Shown here piece by piece: positions 9,343 through 18,128 of a stretch of 59,225 nucleotides of DNA (its first letter is position 1; the number at the start of each line of letters is the position of its first letter). Under the pieces are notes generated by a model. The model saw only the letters and a program-made list of their open reading frames with translations. It made no database searches and had not been told where the DNA came from. A program made the position numbers and the translations under genes. The stretch is from Bacteroidia bacterium (GTDB lineage: Bacteria > Bacteroidota > Bacteroidia > AKYH767-A > OLB10). The stretch is from positions 30,319-89,543 of the forward strand of contig JAGOJO010000002.1 in the NCBI GenBank assembly GCA_017995075.1. Direction: 5' to 3'.

Positions 9343-10206
9343 TTATGGATTGCATTGATCGCAGTCGTACGGATCTGCAATGACCTTCCCGTCGCTTCTG
9401 TTTTTCTTAACACGATGTTTGCATTGATCACAAACGAAAATTTCGTGGAGGGTTAATCGTGTCGCTGTGCCGCAGGCTGAACAGGGTAAGCCCGGAATCC
9501 GTTCTTCTACTCTGAATCCCGGCCATTGACACGACGGACAATCTTCTTCCATCGCCTTCAGCAGATTTTTAGTGGCGGCCAGAATCGTTTGTTGTCGCGT
9601 GGGATTCATATGCGCCCGAAGATCGTTTTCGAGTATGGCGGTTCCGTCGGTGGAGATGGAAAGAGCTTTTTCGGCTGCTTCCTTTAAAAGCTTTTTATCC
9701 AGGATGCCTTTCTCTATAAACTGTTGGCCCGAAGCTTCAGATGTGCGGATTAGCAGTCCGTGAGAAGGAAACTTCATGGCTTTGGATTTGCGGATCGCTT
9801 CGTCTACGGTATGAAAGGTGTATTTTCCCGCCGCGACTTTTAAACTGACTTCCCAACCCTGCCATTCGGCCTGATGCCGGAAATCGCGAAGCAGAACCAT
9901 CTCGTAATTCCCGGTGGCAATATAGTATTGATGATGTGGCTGAAAAGTTCCCTCGCTGGCCAGCACCAGATCGGCTCCGGTTAATCGGGCGGCTTCTTCA
10001 ATTTTTAACCGGGCTGTATCAGGTTGGGATTGCTTTCGTTCTATCTCACCGCTGAAGGTGCCGAATTGATCGGTGTTCAATTGTTCGGTGGTGAAAACTT
10101 TTACCCCTAATTGCTGTTCCAGTAAAGAGCTAATTATCTTCTCTTTTCCATGCATAGTGGCGATAAGGAGGGGCCGGTTTTTGAAGAGTTTAAGGGCGCT
10201 GCTCAT
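9343..10206 (-). CDS. DUF6671-like protein with C-terminal Cys-rich zinc-ribbon-like tail
   Basis: ORF 9343..10233. It has the IATMHGKEKII...FGTFSGEIER N-terminal pattern and four CxxC pairs in the last ~60 aa. The start is set at ATG 10206 because a -7 box lies at 10219-10226 inside the longer ORF. Confidence 0.55.
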   Translation of the reverse strand: MSSALKLFKNRPLLIATMHGKEKIISSLLEQQLGVKVFTTEQLNTDQFGTFSGEIERKQSQPDTARLKIEEAARLTGADLVLASEGTFQPHHQYYIATGNYEMVLLRDFRHQAEWQGWEVSLKVAAGKYTFHTVDEAIRKSKAMKFPSHGLLIRTSEASGQQFIEKGILDKKLLKEAAEKALSISTDGTAILENDLRAHMNPTRQQTILAATKNLLKAMEEDCPSCQWPGFRVEERIPGLPCSACGTATRLTLHEIFVCDQCKHRVKKNRSDGKVIADPYDCDQCNP

Positions 10207-10218
10207 AATCAACATAGG

Positions 10219-10226
10219 CAAAGATA
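10219..10226 (-). promoter_or_regulatory. Bacteroidetes -7 box TATCTTTG
   Basis: Exact TAnnTTTG match on the minus strand, 12 nt upstream of ATG 10206. Confidence 0.45.
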
Positions 10227-10255
10227 GTAACACTCCTAAATATAATAGTAATACT

Positions 10256-10263
10256 TATATTTG
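10256..10263 (+). promoter_or_regulatory. Bacteroidetes -7 box TATATTTG, 4 nt upstream of the icd-like ATG
   Basis: Exact TAnnTTTG match. Confidence 0.5.
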
Positions 10264-10267
10264 CAAA

Positions 10268-11734
10268 ATGCAAGAGAAACGTAAAATCCGCAACATCGCC
10301 GTTGCTCCCGGTGATGGAATTGGTCCGGAAATCATGGATGCCGTATTGAAAATTTTTAATGCTGCCGGAGTGCCGTTGCAGTACTCGATGGTGGAGATGG
10401 GGAAGGACTGGTACCTGAAAGGGCATTCTTCGGGTATGACTGAGGAGGCTCGTGCGGTGATTGAATCGACTGGTATTCTGTTTAAAGGTCCGATGGAAAC
10501 GCCGAAAGGGAAGGGCATGAAGAGTATCAATGTTACTGCGAGAAAAACCTGGAATACTTATGCGAATAAACGGGTGTTTCGTACTCTGCCTGGCGTGGAA
10601 ACAATTTACAGTAAGGCGGGCATTCCGATCGACCTGACCATCGTGCGCGAAAACATCGAGGATACCTATGGTGGTATCGAGCATATGCTGACGGATGATG
10701 TGGCACTCTGTCGTCGGTTTATTACGCGTCCGGGTTCATTGCAGGTGCATCGTTATGCTTTTGAGATGGCTTCTCGTAAAGGGGCAAGAAAAGTGACGTG
10801 CGCGCATAAAGCCAATATCATGAAACTGACGGATGGACTTTTCCTGGAGGCGTTTTATGAGGTGGCGAAGGACTATCCGGATTTGCAGGCGAATGATGTG
10901 ATTGTAGATGATATGGCAATGAAGCTGGTGATGCGTCCGTATGAATATGATGTGATTGTTCTTCCGAATCTGCAGGGAGATATTATCTCGGATTTATGTG
11001 CCGGTTTGGTGGGCGGATTAGGTTTTGCTCCTTCGGCGAACATCGGTGACTTTGTTTCCATCTTCGAGGCAGTGCATGGTACAGCTCCGGATATAACAGG
11101 ACAACAGAAAGCAAATCCAACTGCGCTTCTGATGAGTGGTTTGATGATGCTTCGTCACCTGGGTTGTGAAACGGAAGCGAATACAATTGAAAACGCTTTG
11201 TATTATTCGCTCGAGCAAGGTGCGCATACTGCAGATTTCGGTGGCTCAGGAAATGCGCTTTCTACCAATCAATATGCAGAGATAATCATTGGCAATTTGG
11301 GTCGTAAACCTACGTCGTCGGTGAAGGAGCAGGCCGTGGTGAATGAAACAGAATTGCCTGCTCTTCCTGCTCATAATCGTATGCTGGTTTCCGGTAAAAA
11401 ATCGAAGAGAGTATTGCAGGGAGTAGATTTATTCCTGGAGAGTGAGGCGCAGCCGGATGTGGTGGCGAAGTCATTACTTTCGGTACTGGGTGACCGTTAT
11501 ACGCTGGTGACGATCAGTAATCGTGGTACACAGGTTTGGCCGACGGGTTCGGTGCTGACTGATCTGGTGAATCAATACCGGGTGAGAGTGGAGCGTACTG
11601 CTGACTTTTTCCCTTCGCAGGATCAGTTGCTGGAATTGAGTAGAGCAGTGGCTTCAAAATTCCATCTCTGTTCTGTGGAGATGTTGCTGTACCTGGATGA
11701 GCAGCCGGGATATTCAAAAGCGCAGGGTCAATAA
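10268..11734 (+). CDS. icd: Isocitrate dehydrogenase (isocitrate/isopropylmalate dehydrogenase family) with ~150-aa C-terminal extension
   Basis: ORF 10073..11734. The family core runs from [14 protein letters not shown] to [27 protein letters not shown]. The N-terminal 65 codons of the ORF overlap the divergent gene and the promoter, so I used ATG 10268. Cofactor preference cannot be judged from the sequence. Confidence 0.8.
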   Translation: MQEKRKIRNIAVAPGDGIGPEIMDAVLKIFNAAGVPLQYSMVEMGKDWYLKGHSSGMTEEARAVIESTGILFKGPMETPKGKGMKSINVTARKTWNTYANKRVFRTLPGVETIYSKAGIPIDLTIVRENIEDTYGGIEHMLTDDVALCRRFITRPGSLQVHRYAFEMASRKGARKVTCAHKANIMKLTDGLFLEAFYEVAKDYPDLQANDVIVDDMAMKLVMRPYEYDVIVLPNLQGDIISDLCAGLVGGLGFAPSANIGDFVSIFEAVHGTAPDITGQQKANPTALLMSGLMMLRHLGCETEANTIENALYYSLEQGAHTADFGGSGNALSTNQYAEIIIGNLGRKPTSSVKEQAVVNETELPALPAHNRMLVSGKKSKRVLQGVDLFLESEAQPDVVAKSLLSVLGDRYTLVTISNRGTQVWPTGSVLTDLVNQYRVRVERTADFFPSQDQLLELSRAVASKFHLCSVEMLLYLDEQPGYSKAQGQ

Positions 11735-11773
11735 ATAATCCGATTCGCAGGAGAATTCATCTCCGAAGTTTAT

Positions 11774-11826
11774 AAACTGTTTGCAGCGGGAACATTCGTT
11801 TCCTGTTGCTGACAGTTTTTTATTTT
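11774..11826 (+). terminator. Long imperfect hairpin plus T-tract (terminator between convergent genes)
   Basis: AAACTGT...GGGAAC-attc-GTTTCC...ACAGTTT followed by TTTTTTATTTT. Confidence 0.55.
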
Positions 11827-12473
11827 ACCAATAAGTTCTCTGCAAATTTCTGCGATACATGATGTTGCTTTTTGTCTACTTCAATTTTCATCGAGTTGTC
11901 GAACTCCTGTATGGCTAACACCTTTATTTTTTTTCGCAGACTAATCCCGAGCTCGGATACAAATTGCAGGAAGACTGCGGAGTTGTCGCGGACTGATACC
12001 AGCTGGCAGACTTGTCCCGGACGTATTTCCGCCAGTGTAACTTTACGCAGTTCTTTCATCATTCCCTTCGCGTCCGGTATCGGATCACCATGAGGATCTG
12101 TTTCGGGATGTCCCAGAAATTTTTCAAGTTTCTCGATCAGTTTTTCCGATTGTATATGCTCCAGCTGCTCTGCAATCTCGTGTACTTCGTCCCAGGAAAA
12201 ATCCAGCTTTTCGTATAAAAAAGTTTCCCATAACCTATGCTTTCTCACAATCTGTACTGCCACACGTCGACCTTCCTTCGTCAACCTGATCTTGCCGTAT
12301 TTTTCATTCAATACCAGCTTCTTCAGTTTGAGCTTCTTCAGCATGTCGTTCACAGTGGCGGGTTTTATACCCAGCGCAGCCGCAAGCCGGTTGGTGCCCG
12401 TTTCCTCCTGTTCGGCTTCATGAGCCAGCTGAAATATGGCTTTGAGATAGTTTTCTTCGGTGTTGGTCAGCAT
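11820..12473 (-). CDS. DtxR/MntR-family metal-dependent transcriptional repressor with C-terminal FeoA/SH3-like domain
   Basis: N-terminal winged HTH (EENYLKAIFQL...), a dimerisation/metal-binding region (HRLWETFL...HEIAEQLEH) and a C-terminal FeoA-like segment (GQVCQLVSV). Confidence 0.85.
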   Translation of the reverse strand: MLTNTEENYLKAIFQLAHEAEQEETGTNRLAAALGIKPATVNDMLKKLKLKKLVLNEKYGKIRLTKEGRRVAVQIVRKHRLWETFLYEKLDFSWDEVHEIAEQLEHIQSEKLIEKLEKFLGHPETDPHGDPIPDAKGMMKELRKVTLAEIRPGQVCQLVSVRDNSAVFLQFVSELGISLRKKIKVLAIQEFDNSMKIEVDKKQHHVSQKFAENLLVK

Positions 12474-12477
12474 CTTA

Positions 12478-12485
12478 CAAAGATA
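12478..12485 (-). promoter_or_regulatory. Bacteroidetes -7 box TATCTTTG, 4 nt upstream of ATG 12473
   Basis: Exact TAnnTTTG match on the minus strand. Confidence 0.5.
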
Positions 12486-12508
12486 CGGGGATTTTTAAAA
12501 CAATAAAA

Positions 12509-12524
12509 GTTAGGTAAGCCTAAC
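12509..12524. promoter_or_regulatory. DtxR/IdeR-type iron-box-like operator GTTAGGTAAGCCTAAC
   Basis: 6-4-6 inverted repeat. TTAGGTAAGCCTAAC matches 14 of 15 positions of the recalled DtxR consensus TTAGGTTAGCCTAAC(CTAA). It lies between the divergent repressor and TonB-receptor promoters. Confidence 0.65.
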
Positions 12525-12533
12525 AAAATATGA

Positions 12534-12541
12534 TATATTTG
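12534..12541 (+). promoter_or_regulatory. Bacteroidetes -7 box TATATTTG, 4 nt upstream of ATG 12546
   Basis: Exact TAnnTTTG match. Confidence 0.5.
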
Positions 12542-12545
12542 TCGA

Positions 12546-14798
12546 ATGAGATTATGGGTACTTCTTTTTATCTGCTGTTTGGCTGATCTGGTATCTGCGC
12601 AGGAGAATGCTGTTCCGCAGACTGAAAATCATGCATCTGCGGTTTTACAAGGTGTGGTTCGCGACGAACAGGGTCCGGTGGCATTTGCTGCTGTGGGTAT
12701 TGCAACTTTGCAGCGGAATGTGCTGACTGATGAATCGGGCAGGTTTTTATTGGAGGAGTTGCCGGCTGGCGAATGGAAGGTGGAGGTGCAGGCTGTCGGG
12801 TATAAGGTGCAGGAACGAACGGTGACGATAAAGTCGGGTGAAGCAAAGAAGTTGAATTTTATTCTTGTTTCTGCATTGCAGGATTTCAATGAGGTGGTGA
12901 TCAGCGGTACTCTGCAGCCTGTTGAACGATTGAAGTCGGTGATTCCGGTGGAGTCGTATAGTCCGGCTTTTCTTCGTCGTTCTGCAGCTCCCGGAGTGTT
13001 TGAATCATTAAGCCTGATCAATGGTGTGCAGCCGCAGATAAACTGCAATGTTTGTAATACGGGAGATATTCATATCAATGGGATGGAAGGTCCATATACA
13101 ATGGTGCTGATTGATGGGATGCCGATTGTAAGTAGTTTGAGTACTGTGTATGGACTCAGTGGAATTCCCAATGCATTGATCAAAAGAATTGAAGTGGTGA
13201 AAGGTCCTGCAGGAATTTTATATGGTTCAGAGGCGATGGGTGGAGTGATCAATATTGTCACGAAGGAGCCGATCTCTGCACCACGTTTTTTTGCTGATCT
13301 GCAACTGACTTCTGTGGAGGAGTACAATCTGGATCTGGCGGTGCGGAAAAAAATACAGGACTGGCATACGATGGCGGGAGTGAGTCTGTTTAATTATTCT
13401 ACTCCACGTGATATCAATGAAGATGGATTCACAGATATCACTTTGCAGGAACGAATTTCTGTTTTTAATAAATGGACCAAATACCGTGCTGATACATTAC
13501 CTGCTTCACTCGCATTCCGTTATTTGTACGAGCAACGTTGGGGTGGAGAATTAAACTGGTCGCCCGAATGGAAAGGCACGGATTCCATCTACGGTGAATA
13601 CATCATCACATCTAGAATCGAAGCATTCGGACAATTTGGATTTATGCTGGCGAAGGAGAAAATGCTGATGGAGTATTCTTACAATCGTCACGTGCAGGAC
13701 TCCTGGTATGGTTTGATTCCGTTCGACGGACATCAGGAAACCGGATTCATTCAATTCCGCTGGAATAAAAAAACAGGAGTGCATCAATGGATGTCGGGTC
13801 TGCCATTTCGCTATGTGTACTACGACGACAATACACCCGGCACTGCAGGACCGAATGGAAATACTCCGCAGCAAACCTTTCTTCCCGGACTCTTTCTGCA
13901 GGATGAAATCACTCTTGGTAACAAATGGATGTTATTACCCGGATTCCGTATTGATCATCACAACGAACATGGATTTATTTCATCTCCCCGTTTTGCAGCG
14001 AAGTATAGTTATAGTAAAACAGGAATGATACGCTTCAGCACAGGAAACGGATTTCGTGTAGTGCAGTTGTTTACGGAAGATCATGCAGCTTTAACAGGCG
14101 CAAGAGAAGTCATCATTGCCGAATCACTCCGACCGGAGCGCAGCTGGAACATGAACTTCAACATCAACGAAACTTTTCAATTGAAGGGAGGTGTTCTGCA
14201 GCTGGATGGAAATCTCTTTCATACCTGGTTTACCAACCGCATCACCGGTGACTTCATGACCGACCCTCAACGCATCATCTATAAAAATCTGCAAGGGATT
14301 GCCATTAGTCGCGGCATGAGCCTGAACCTCGATTATACCACCGCTGCTTTCAGATATACACTCGGCGGCACGTATATGGATGTGTTTTTCGAAGAGCAGG
14401 GACAACGCACACCACAACTCCATGCACCGGCCCTCAGCGGAACCGCAGGCATCACCTGGAATGCACGCAATAGAAAGTGGACAGCAGATATTACATCACG
14501 AATCACCGGACCGATGTATCTTCCTGTTGTCCCCAATGATTACCGCCCCGAAAAATCACCATGGTTTGCCATCGTCAATCTTCAGCTCACACATCGCACC
14601 GGAAGCTGGGAGTTTTACTCCGGAGTGAAAAATCTGCTGAACTTCCTCCCGCAAGATCCTATTCTTCGCCCCTTTGATCCCTTCGATAAACAAACCGATA
14701 TCGACAATCCGCATGGTTACACTTTTGATCCCTCTTATAACTACGCACCCATGATGGGAATGAGAGTGTATGCCGGATTCCGGTATCAGTTTTTATAA
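12546..14798 (+). CDS. TonB-dependent receptor with N-terminal CarboxypepD_reg domain
   Basis: Signal peptide, a carboxypeptidase-regulatory-like fold (LQGVVRDEQGPVAFAAVGI), a plug domain (VEVVKGPAGILYGSEAMGGVINIVTK), a beta-barrel and a terminal aromatic residue (RYQFL). Confidence 0.9.
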   Translation: MRLWVLLFICCLADLVSAQENAVPQTENHASAVLQGVVRDEQGPVAFAAVGIATLQRNVLTDESGRFLLEELPAGEWKVEVQAVGYKVQERTVTIKSGEAKKLNFILVSALQDFNEVVISGTLQPVERLKSVIPVESYSPAFLRRSAAPGVFESLSLINGVQPQINCNVCNTGDIHINGMEGPYTMVLIDGMPIVSSLSTVYGLSGIPNALIKRIEVVKGPAGILYGSEAMGGVINIVTKEPISAPRFFADLQLTSVEEYNLDLAVRKKIQDWHTMAGVSLFNYSTPRDINEDGFTDITLQERISVFNKWTKYRADTLPASLAFRYLYEQRWGGELNWSPEWKGTDSIYGEYIITSRIEAFGQFGFMLAKEKMLMEYSYNRHVQDSWYGLIPFDGHQETGFIQFRWNKKTGVHQWMSGLPFRYVYYDDNTPGTAGPNGNTPQQTFLPGLFLQDEITLGNKWMLLPGFRIDHHNEHGFISSPRFAAKYSYSKTGMIRFSTGNGFRVVQLFTEDHAALTGAREVIIAESLRPERSWNMNFNINETFQLKGGVLQLDGNLFHTWFTNRITGDFMTDPQRIIYKNLQGIAISRGMSLNLDYTTAAFRYTLGGTYMDVFFEEQGQRTPQLHAPALSGTAGITWNARNRKWTADITSRITGPMYLPVVPNDYRPEKSPWFAIVNLQLTHRTGSWEFYSGVKNLLNFLPQDPILRPFDPFDKQTDIDNPHGYTFDPSYNYAPMMGMRVYAGFRYQFL

Positions 14799-14826
14799 GC
14801 TCAGTGTCTTGAATACAGTGATCCTG

Positions 14827-14872
14827 TTTTGGGCCGCTGATTGATTATGAAAATTATGATTTGTTATGTTTT
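14827..14872 (+). repeat. Intergenic mosaic module X (plus orientation)
   Basis: TTTTGGGCCGCTGATTGATTATGAAAATTATGATTTGTTATGTTTT. A close inverted copy lies at 16741-16785. Confidence 0.7.
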
Positions 14873-14925
14873 ATTCCCGAATGTAAAATGAACGTATCGT
14901 TTTGTACTGAGTTTCCTCTGATGGT

Positions 14926-14965
14926 GGGAACACGGATTAAACGGATTTAACTGATTTACGCGGAT
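14926..14965 (+). repeat. Intergenic mosaic module Y: 9-10-nt-period (N)ACGGAT array, copy 1
   Basis: GGGAACACGGATTAAACGGATTTAACTGATTTACGCGGAT. It matches 16796-16835 at 34 of 40 positions, in the same orientation. Confidence 0.75.
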
Positions 14966-15048
14966 TATGGATGTCAGGTACTAGATTTTTTTTCATAAAT
15001 TGAATACTATCAATTTATCACTTTTCGTTTATCAGGAAACCTTTCACC

Positions 15049-16557
15049 ATGAAACAAAACCCATACACCGGGCTGAGTTTACTATGTCTGATCCTCTCAG
15101 CATGTAACCAGCCGTCAACGAGTAATGAGCGTGAAGTGTCTCTGGAATCAATGGCTCCCAACGAGGTCATTGATGAAAAGCGTACTGATGAATTAACTAC
15201 TGATCCTGCTAATTCATTTACAAGAATACCTGCCCAATCAAATGTTTCTATTCCACCCGCACTGCTTGCATATAATTATCTGGAGAAAGAAACAAAACCC
15301 TTGATTTGTGAATTGTCCAATCAGCAGGACACGGTCATCATCACTGCGGATGGTACTCGCCTGGAAATTCCTGAAGGCGCTTTTGAGTATCCCGATCATT
15401 CGTTACCACAGGGAAAAGTAAATTTTGAAGTAACCACGTATACAGATGATTTCTCTATCCTGAAGAAGGGCTTGTCTACAACTTCAAATGGTCGGTTACT
15501 TGAAACAGGTGGTATGTTGTATTGTTCTGCGTCCTGTGATGGCAGAGAGTTGCAATTGCGAAAAAGCATGAAAGTGCGTATTCCGACTCAGCAATTGAAG
15601 GAGAACATGGAGTTGTTCTATGGTGATGTGGGTGAAGATGGATCGGTTAACTGGATTCCCGCAGGACAACCGGTTGAAGGTCCTGCTTCAGAAACACAGG
15701 ATGCTGTACCTGCTCAACGAAGAGTTGCTTTAGCCGCATTAGCGAGGGATACGTCAAGTGAATTCAAGGTGATGAGTTCTGTTTCGAATGTGACTTCCGT
15801 TCGATTGCATATCACGCATAAACATCTTGAATCTGATCGCCCGAGTCAATGGTCGAGGAGTGTTTTTAATGCACTTAGAGCAGCAGATAAGCAACTTTGG
15901 GAGGAAGATATTTTCTGTACGCAGGTTTCGGTGACGATGCGCTTATTGGAAAATGCACGCTATGAGTTACAGGTTTTACCTGCTGATATTCCATTGATCG
16001 ATTCTATCGTGCGGATAGCAACCCGTGATTATTGGGATAAAAATAAATTTCCGGAAGTGGATTCAGATCATCAGATTCGTTATACCGCTGATTATTTCCT
16101 GCGTATGTTTAAGAAGGGATTCGATCTGACCGGCGAAGTGAAAAGTAAATTTAGTAATTCAGCCATGGTCTTGAAGTCGAAACGGGATGAACAAATGGTG
16201 ATGTCATATGCCATGTCGGTGAGCAGGTTGGGATGGATCAATTGTGATCGGTTTTACAACAGTCCGCAACCGCCGGTGGATATCATCGTTGAGTTGCCCA
16301 AAAATTTTAATGGCAGAGTTCAGTTGATGGTCGATGAGTTTCGTTCTTTCCTGAACGGAGAGGTGCAGAAGTCAGGAGCAAAATTCACATCGGTTCCGCG
16401 TGGGACAAAATATACACTGCTGGTTTTTCATAAAGACAATGAAGATCGCCTGGTCGTTTCGAAAACCAGACATATCGCTGATGGTACTGTCGTCAGCGCT
16501 TTCCGGTTTAAACCAGTTACTCTCGCACAACTGGAGGAAACGATCGCTCTTCGTTGA
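15049..16557 (+). CDS. Hypothetical lipoprotein
   Basis: 502-aa ORF with a signal peptide and lipobox (LILSAC). I recognised no family. It is flanked on both sides by mosaic repeat modules. Confidence 0.6.
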   Translation: MKQNPYTGLSLLCLILSACNQPSTSNEREVSLESMAPNEVIDEKRTDELTTDPANSFTRIPAQSNVSIPPALLAYNYLEKETKPLICELSNQQDTVIITADGTRLEIPEGAFEYPDHSLPQGKVNFEVTTYTDDFSILKKGLSTTSNGRLLETGGMLYCSASCDGRELQLRKSMKVRIPTQQLKENMELFYGDVGEDGSVNWIPAGQPVEGPASETQDAVPAQRRVALAALARDTSSEFKVMSSVSNVTSVRLHITHKHLESDRPSQWSRSVFNALRAADKQLWEEDIFCTQVSVTMRLLENARYELQVLPADIPLIDSIVRIATRDYWDKNKFPEVDSDHQIRYTADYFLRMFKKGFDLTGEVKSKFSNSAMVLKSKRDEQMVMSYAMSVSRLGWINCDRFYNSPQPPVDIIVELPKNFNGRVQLMVDEFRSFLNGEVQKSGAKFTSVPRGTKYTLLVFHKDNEDRLVVSKTRHIADGTVVSAFRFKPVTLAQLEETIALR

Positions 16558-16563
16558 GTCTGT

Positions 16564-16607
16564 AACGGGGCGTTGATGAAATTTTGTTCGACGCCCCGTT
16601 TTTATTT
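16564..16607 (+). terminator. Rho-independent terminator
   Basis: AACGGGGCGTTGA / TCGACGCCCCGTT stem followed by TTTTTATTT. Confidence 0.85.
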
Positions 16608-16640
16608 GTTGGACTAGGAGTATGTTTTTAATTACACATA

Positions 16641-16677
16641 ATTAGCCAATTTGAAAATGGGTTGATTAGCCAATTTG
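16641..16677 (+). repeat. Two copies of ATTAGCCAATTTG spaced 24 nt apart
   Basis: Exact 13-mers at 16641-16653 and 16665-16677. Confidence 0.7.
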
Positions 16678-16678
16678 G

Positions 16679-16718
16679 AAATCCGTGCATATCCGAATGA
16701 CCTGGTTTATCCGCGTTC
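16679..16718 (-). repeat. ACGGAT-family array, minus orientation, copy 1
   Basis: AAATCCGTGCATATCCGAATGACCTGGTTTATCCGCGTTC. It matches 16963-17002 at 29 of 40 positions. The reverse complement carries ACGGAT / CGCGGAT words like module Y. Confidence 0.6.
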
Positions 16719-16740
16719 TTTCTACTGAATACTATTCTAC

Positions 16741-16785
16741 CAACATAAAAAAATCATAATCCTCATAACAAATCAGTGGCCAAAA
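16741..16785 (-). repeat. Intergenic mosaic module X (inverted copy)
   Basis: The reverse complement TTTTGGCCACTGATTTGTTATGAGGATTATGATTTTTTTATGTTG aligns with 14827-14872. Confidence 0.7.
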
Positions 16786-16795
16786 ATGCTCCAAC

Positions 16796-16835
16796 GGGAA
16801 CGCTGATTAAACCGATTTTGCTGAATTACGCGGAT
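16796..16835 (+). repeat. Intergenic mosaic module Y, copy 2
   Basis: GGGAACGCTGATTAAACCGATTTTGCTGAATTACGCGGAT. Confidence 0.75.
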
Positions 16836-16868
16836 CAATTCCTTCTTAGATTTTAGATACCCTTCAAA

Positions 16869-16916
16869 TTTGCCAATATGCCAATTCACCAATCCACCAA
16901 TCCACCAACTCACCAA
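16869..16916 (+). repeat. Degenerate octamer array (NNCACCAA / NTGCCAA), 6 units
   Basis: TTTGCCAA TATGCCAA TTCACCAA TCCACCAA TCCACCAA CTCACCAA. Confidence 0.8.
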
Positions 16917-16962
16917 TTAATCCCCGGAGTATGCTCACTAGCCGGAGTTTTCTTCAAAACTC

Positions 16963-17002
16963 AAATCCGTGTAAACCCGCAACATCCGTCTCATCCGCGT
17001 TC
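16963..17002 (-). repeat. ACGGAT-family array, minus orientation, copy 2
   Basis: AAATCCGTGTAAACCCGCAACATCCGTCTCATCCGCGTTC. Confidence 0.6.
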
Positions 17003-17013
17003 CCCCTCTAGTG

Positions 17014-17063
17014 TAAAATAAAAACCCCTGAACCATTTCTTTTAGTGAAGTGTTTCAGGGGTT
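17014..17063 (-). terminator. Rho-independent terminator for the 17082..17576 gene
   Basis: On the minus strand, an AACCCCTGAAAC...GGTTCAGGGGTT stem followed by TTTTATTTT. Confidence 0.75.
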
Positions 17064-17081
17064 ATGTTAGAACGGGTTTGA

Positions 17082-17576
17082 CTAATCTTCGTCTTCTTCG
17101 TTTTCAGCTGCGTTCATTCCATTTTGTGCAGCAGTTCCGCCGGATTGTATTTCCGTATGGCGAATTTGTCCTCCGAGATATCCGGTGCGGGCCATTGCAG
17201 TTGATACTACCAATGAAACCACAAAGGCAATCATGGTGATTGATTGTGCGTTTTTCCCTCTGCGTTGTTGTACCAGACTGAAGAGCGATAGTACTCCAAG
17301 TCCGATCATCAGCCATAAAGCCCACTCTGCTGCTTCTTCGTGTTCGTGAATAAGATCATGCGACATGCCCGGGAGATTTTCTACCGTTTCTTCAGCTTCT
17401 TCTCCTGTTTTCATTACAGGAAAAGTAAGTAGTGTCATGATCACCCATAAACCAAGTACGGCTTTTTGCAGGGAGTTTTCTTTTCGTATTAAGGCATATG
17501 CCATGAGTCCGACTCCAATGATTGTCCCGATGATGGGAAAGTGATTGAGGAGCAGATGAAGGTGTGTTAAGTCCAT
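17082..17576 (-). CDS. Hypothetical 4-TM membrane protein (DUF2231-like HFPI N-terminus)
   Basis: 164 aa with LLLNHFPIIG in the first helix, an acidic/His-rich loop (HDLIHEHEEAAE) and an acidic tail. Confidence 0.5.
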   Translation of the reverse strand: MDLTHLHLLLNHFPIIGTIIGVGLMAYALIRKENSLQKAVLGLWVIMTLLTFPVMKTGEEAEETVENLPGMSHDLIHEHEEAAEWALWLMIGLGVLSLFSLVQQRRGKNAQSITMIAFVVSLVVSTAMARTGYLGGQIRHTEIQSGGTAAQNGMNAAENEEDED

Positions 17577-17665
17577 AGAAATAAATAGTTGGTTGCTTCG
17601 TTTGGTGAAGCAAGATTAATTAATTCCGGAATAGGTCCGGTTGCCATTAAAAAAATCGATGGTTG

Positions 17666-18031
17666 TTATACCTGTTGCGGAGGCTGGAAAATTCCGGGTG
17701 GATAAATCGCAGGAAACTGAATGAGCGGTTGCGCAAAATGCATGCATCGCATAGGTAATTCCTGAAAATCCGGATGGTCTACTATCAGCGTGGCCGTCTG
17801 TTGTGGCATCTCCGTGATCGACTTAAATGGTAAACGACTATCCTCATCTGCATCACTGTCGGTTTCTGTTCCGGAATAATGCAAGGCAAGAAAATCAATG
17901 AATCCAATTCTACGATGTTCCTGATGATGGAGGTAATGTCGTACCAGCTCGGGTGTCTTGCCGATTTCCAAAATGGTTCTCCCTCCCAATAGAAGAGATA
18001 TGGATAAACCGATCAGCAACATCTTACGCAT
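17666..18031 (-). CDS. Hypothetical secreted protein
   Basis: ORF 17666..18049. The start is set at ATG 18031 (MRKMLLIGLSISLLLGG signal peptide) because a -7 box at 18036-18043 lies inside the longer ORF. Confidence 0.45.
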   Translation of the reverse strand: MRKMLLIGLSISLLLGGRTILEIGKTPELVRHYLHHQEHRRIGFIDFLALHYSGTETDSDADEDSRLPFKSITEMPQQTATLIVDHPDFQELPMRCMHFAQPLIQFPAIYPPGIFQPPQQV

Positions 18032-18035
18032 ACTG

Positions 18036-18043
18036 CAAAGGTA
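18036..18043 (-). promoter_or_regulatory. Bacteroidetes -7 box TACCTTTG, 4 nt upstream of ATG 18031
   Basis: Exact TAnnTTTG match on the minus strand. Confidence 0.45.
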
Positions 18044-18128
18044 AGGCAATGAAGAGCGGATATCGTACTCCTGAACAATGATTCATATCATCTGTCAGTG
18101 GCTTGTGTTAGAAAACTTCTTCGTTCAG

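Noticed and set aside
10073-10267. 65-codon N-terminal extension of the isocitrate dehydrogenase ORF
   Set aside because: It overlaps the divergent DUF6671-like gene and both promoters. The family homology begins right after ATG 10268, which is preceded by TATATTTG.
14827-17002. Mosaic repeats as an insertion sequence or transposon carrying the lipoprotein gene
   Set aside because: No transposase or integrase ORF is present, and there are no clean terminal inverted repeats with target-site duplication. Only short reshuffled modules are seen.
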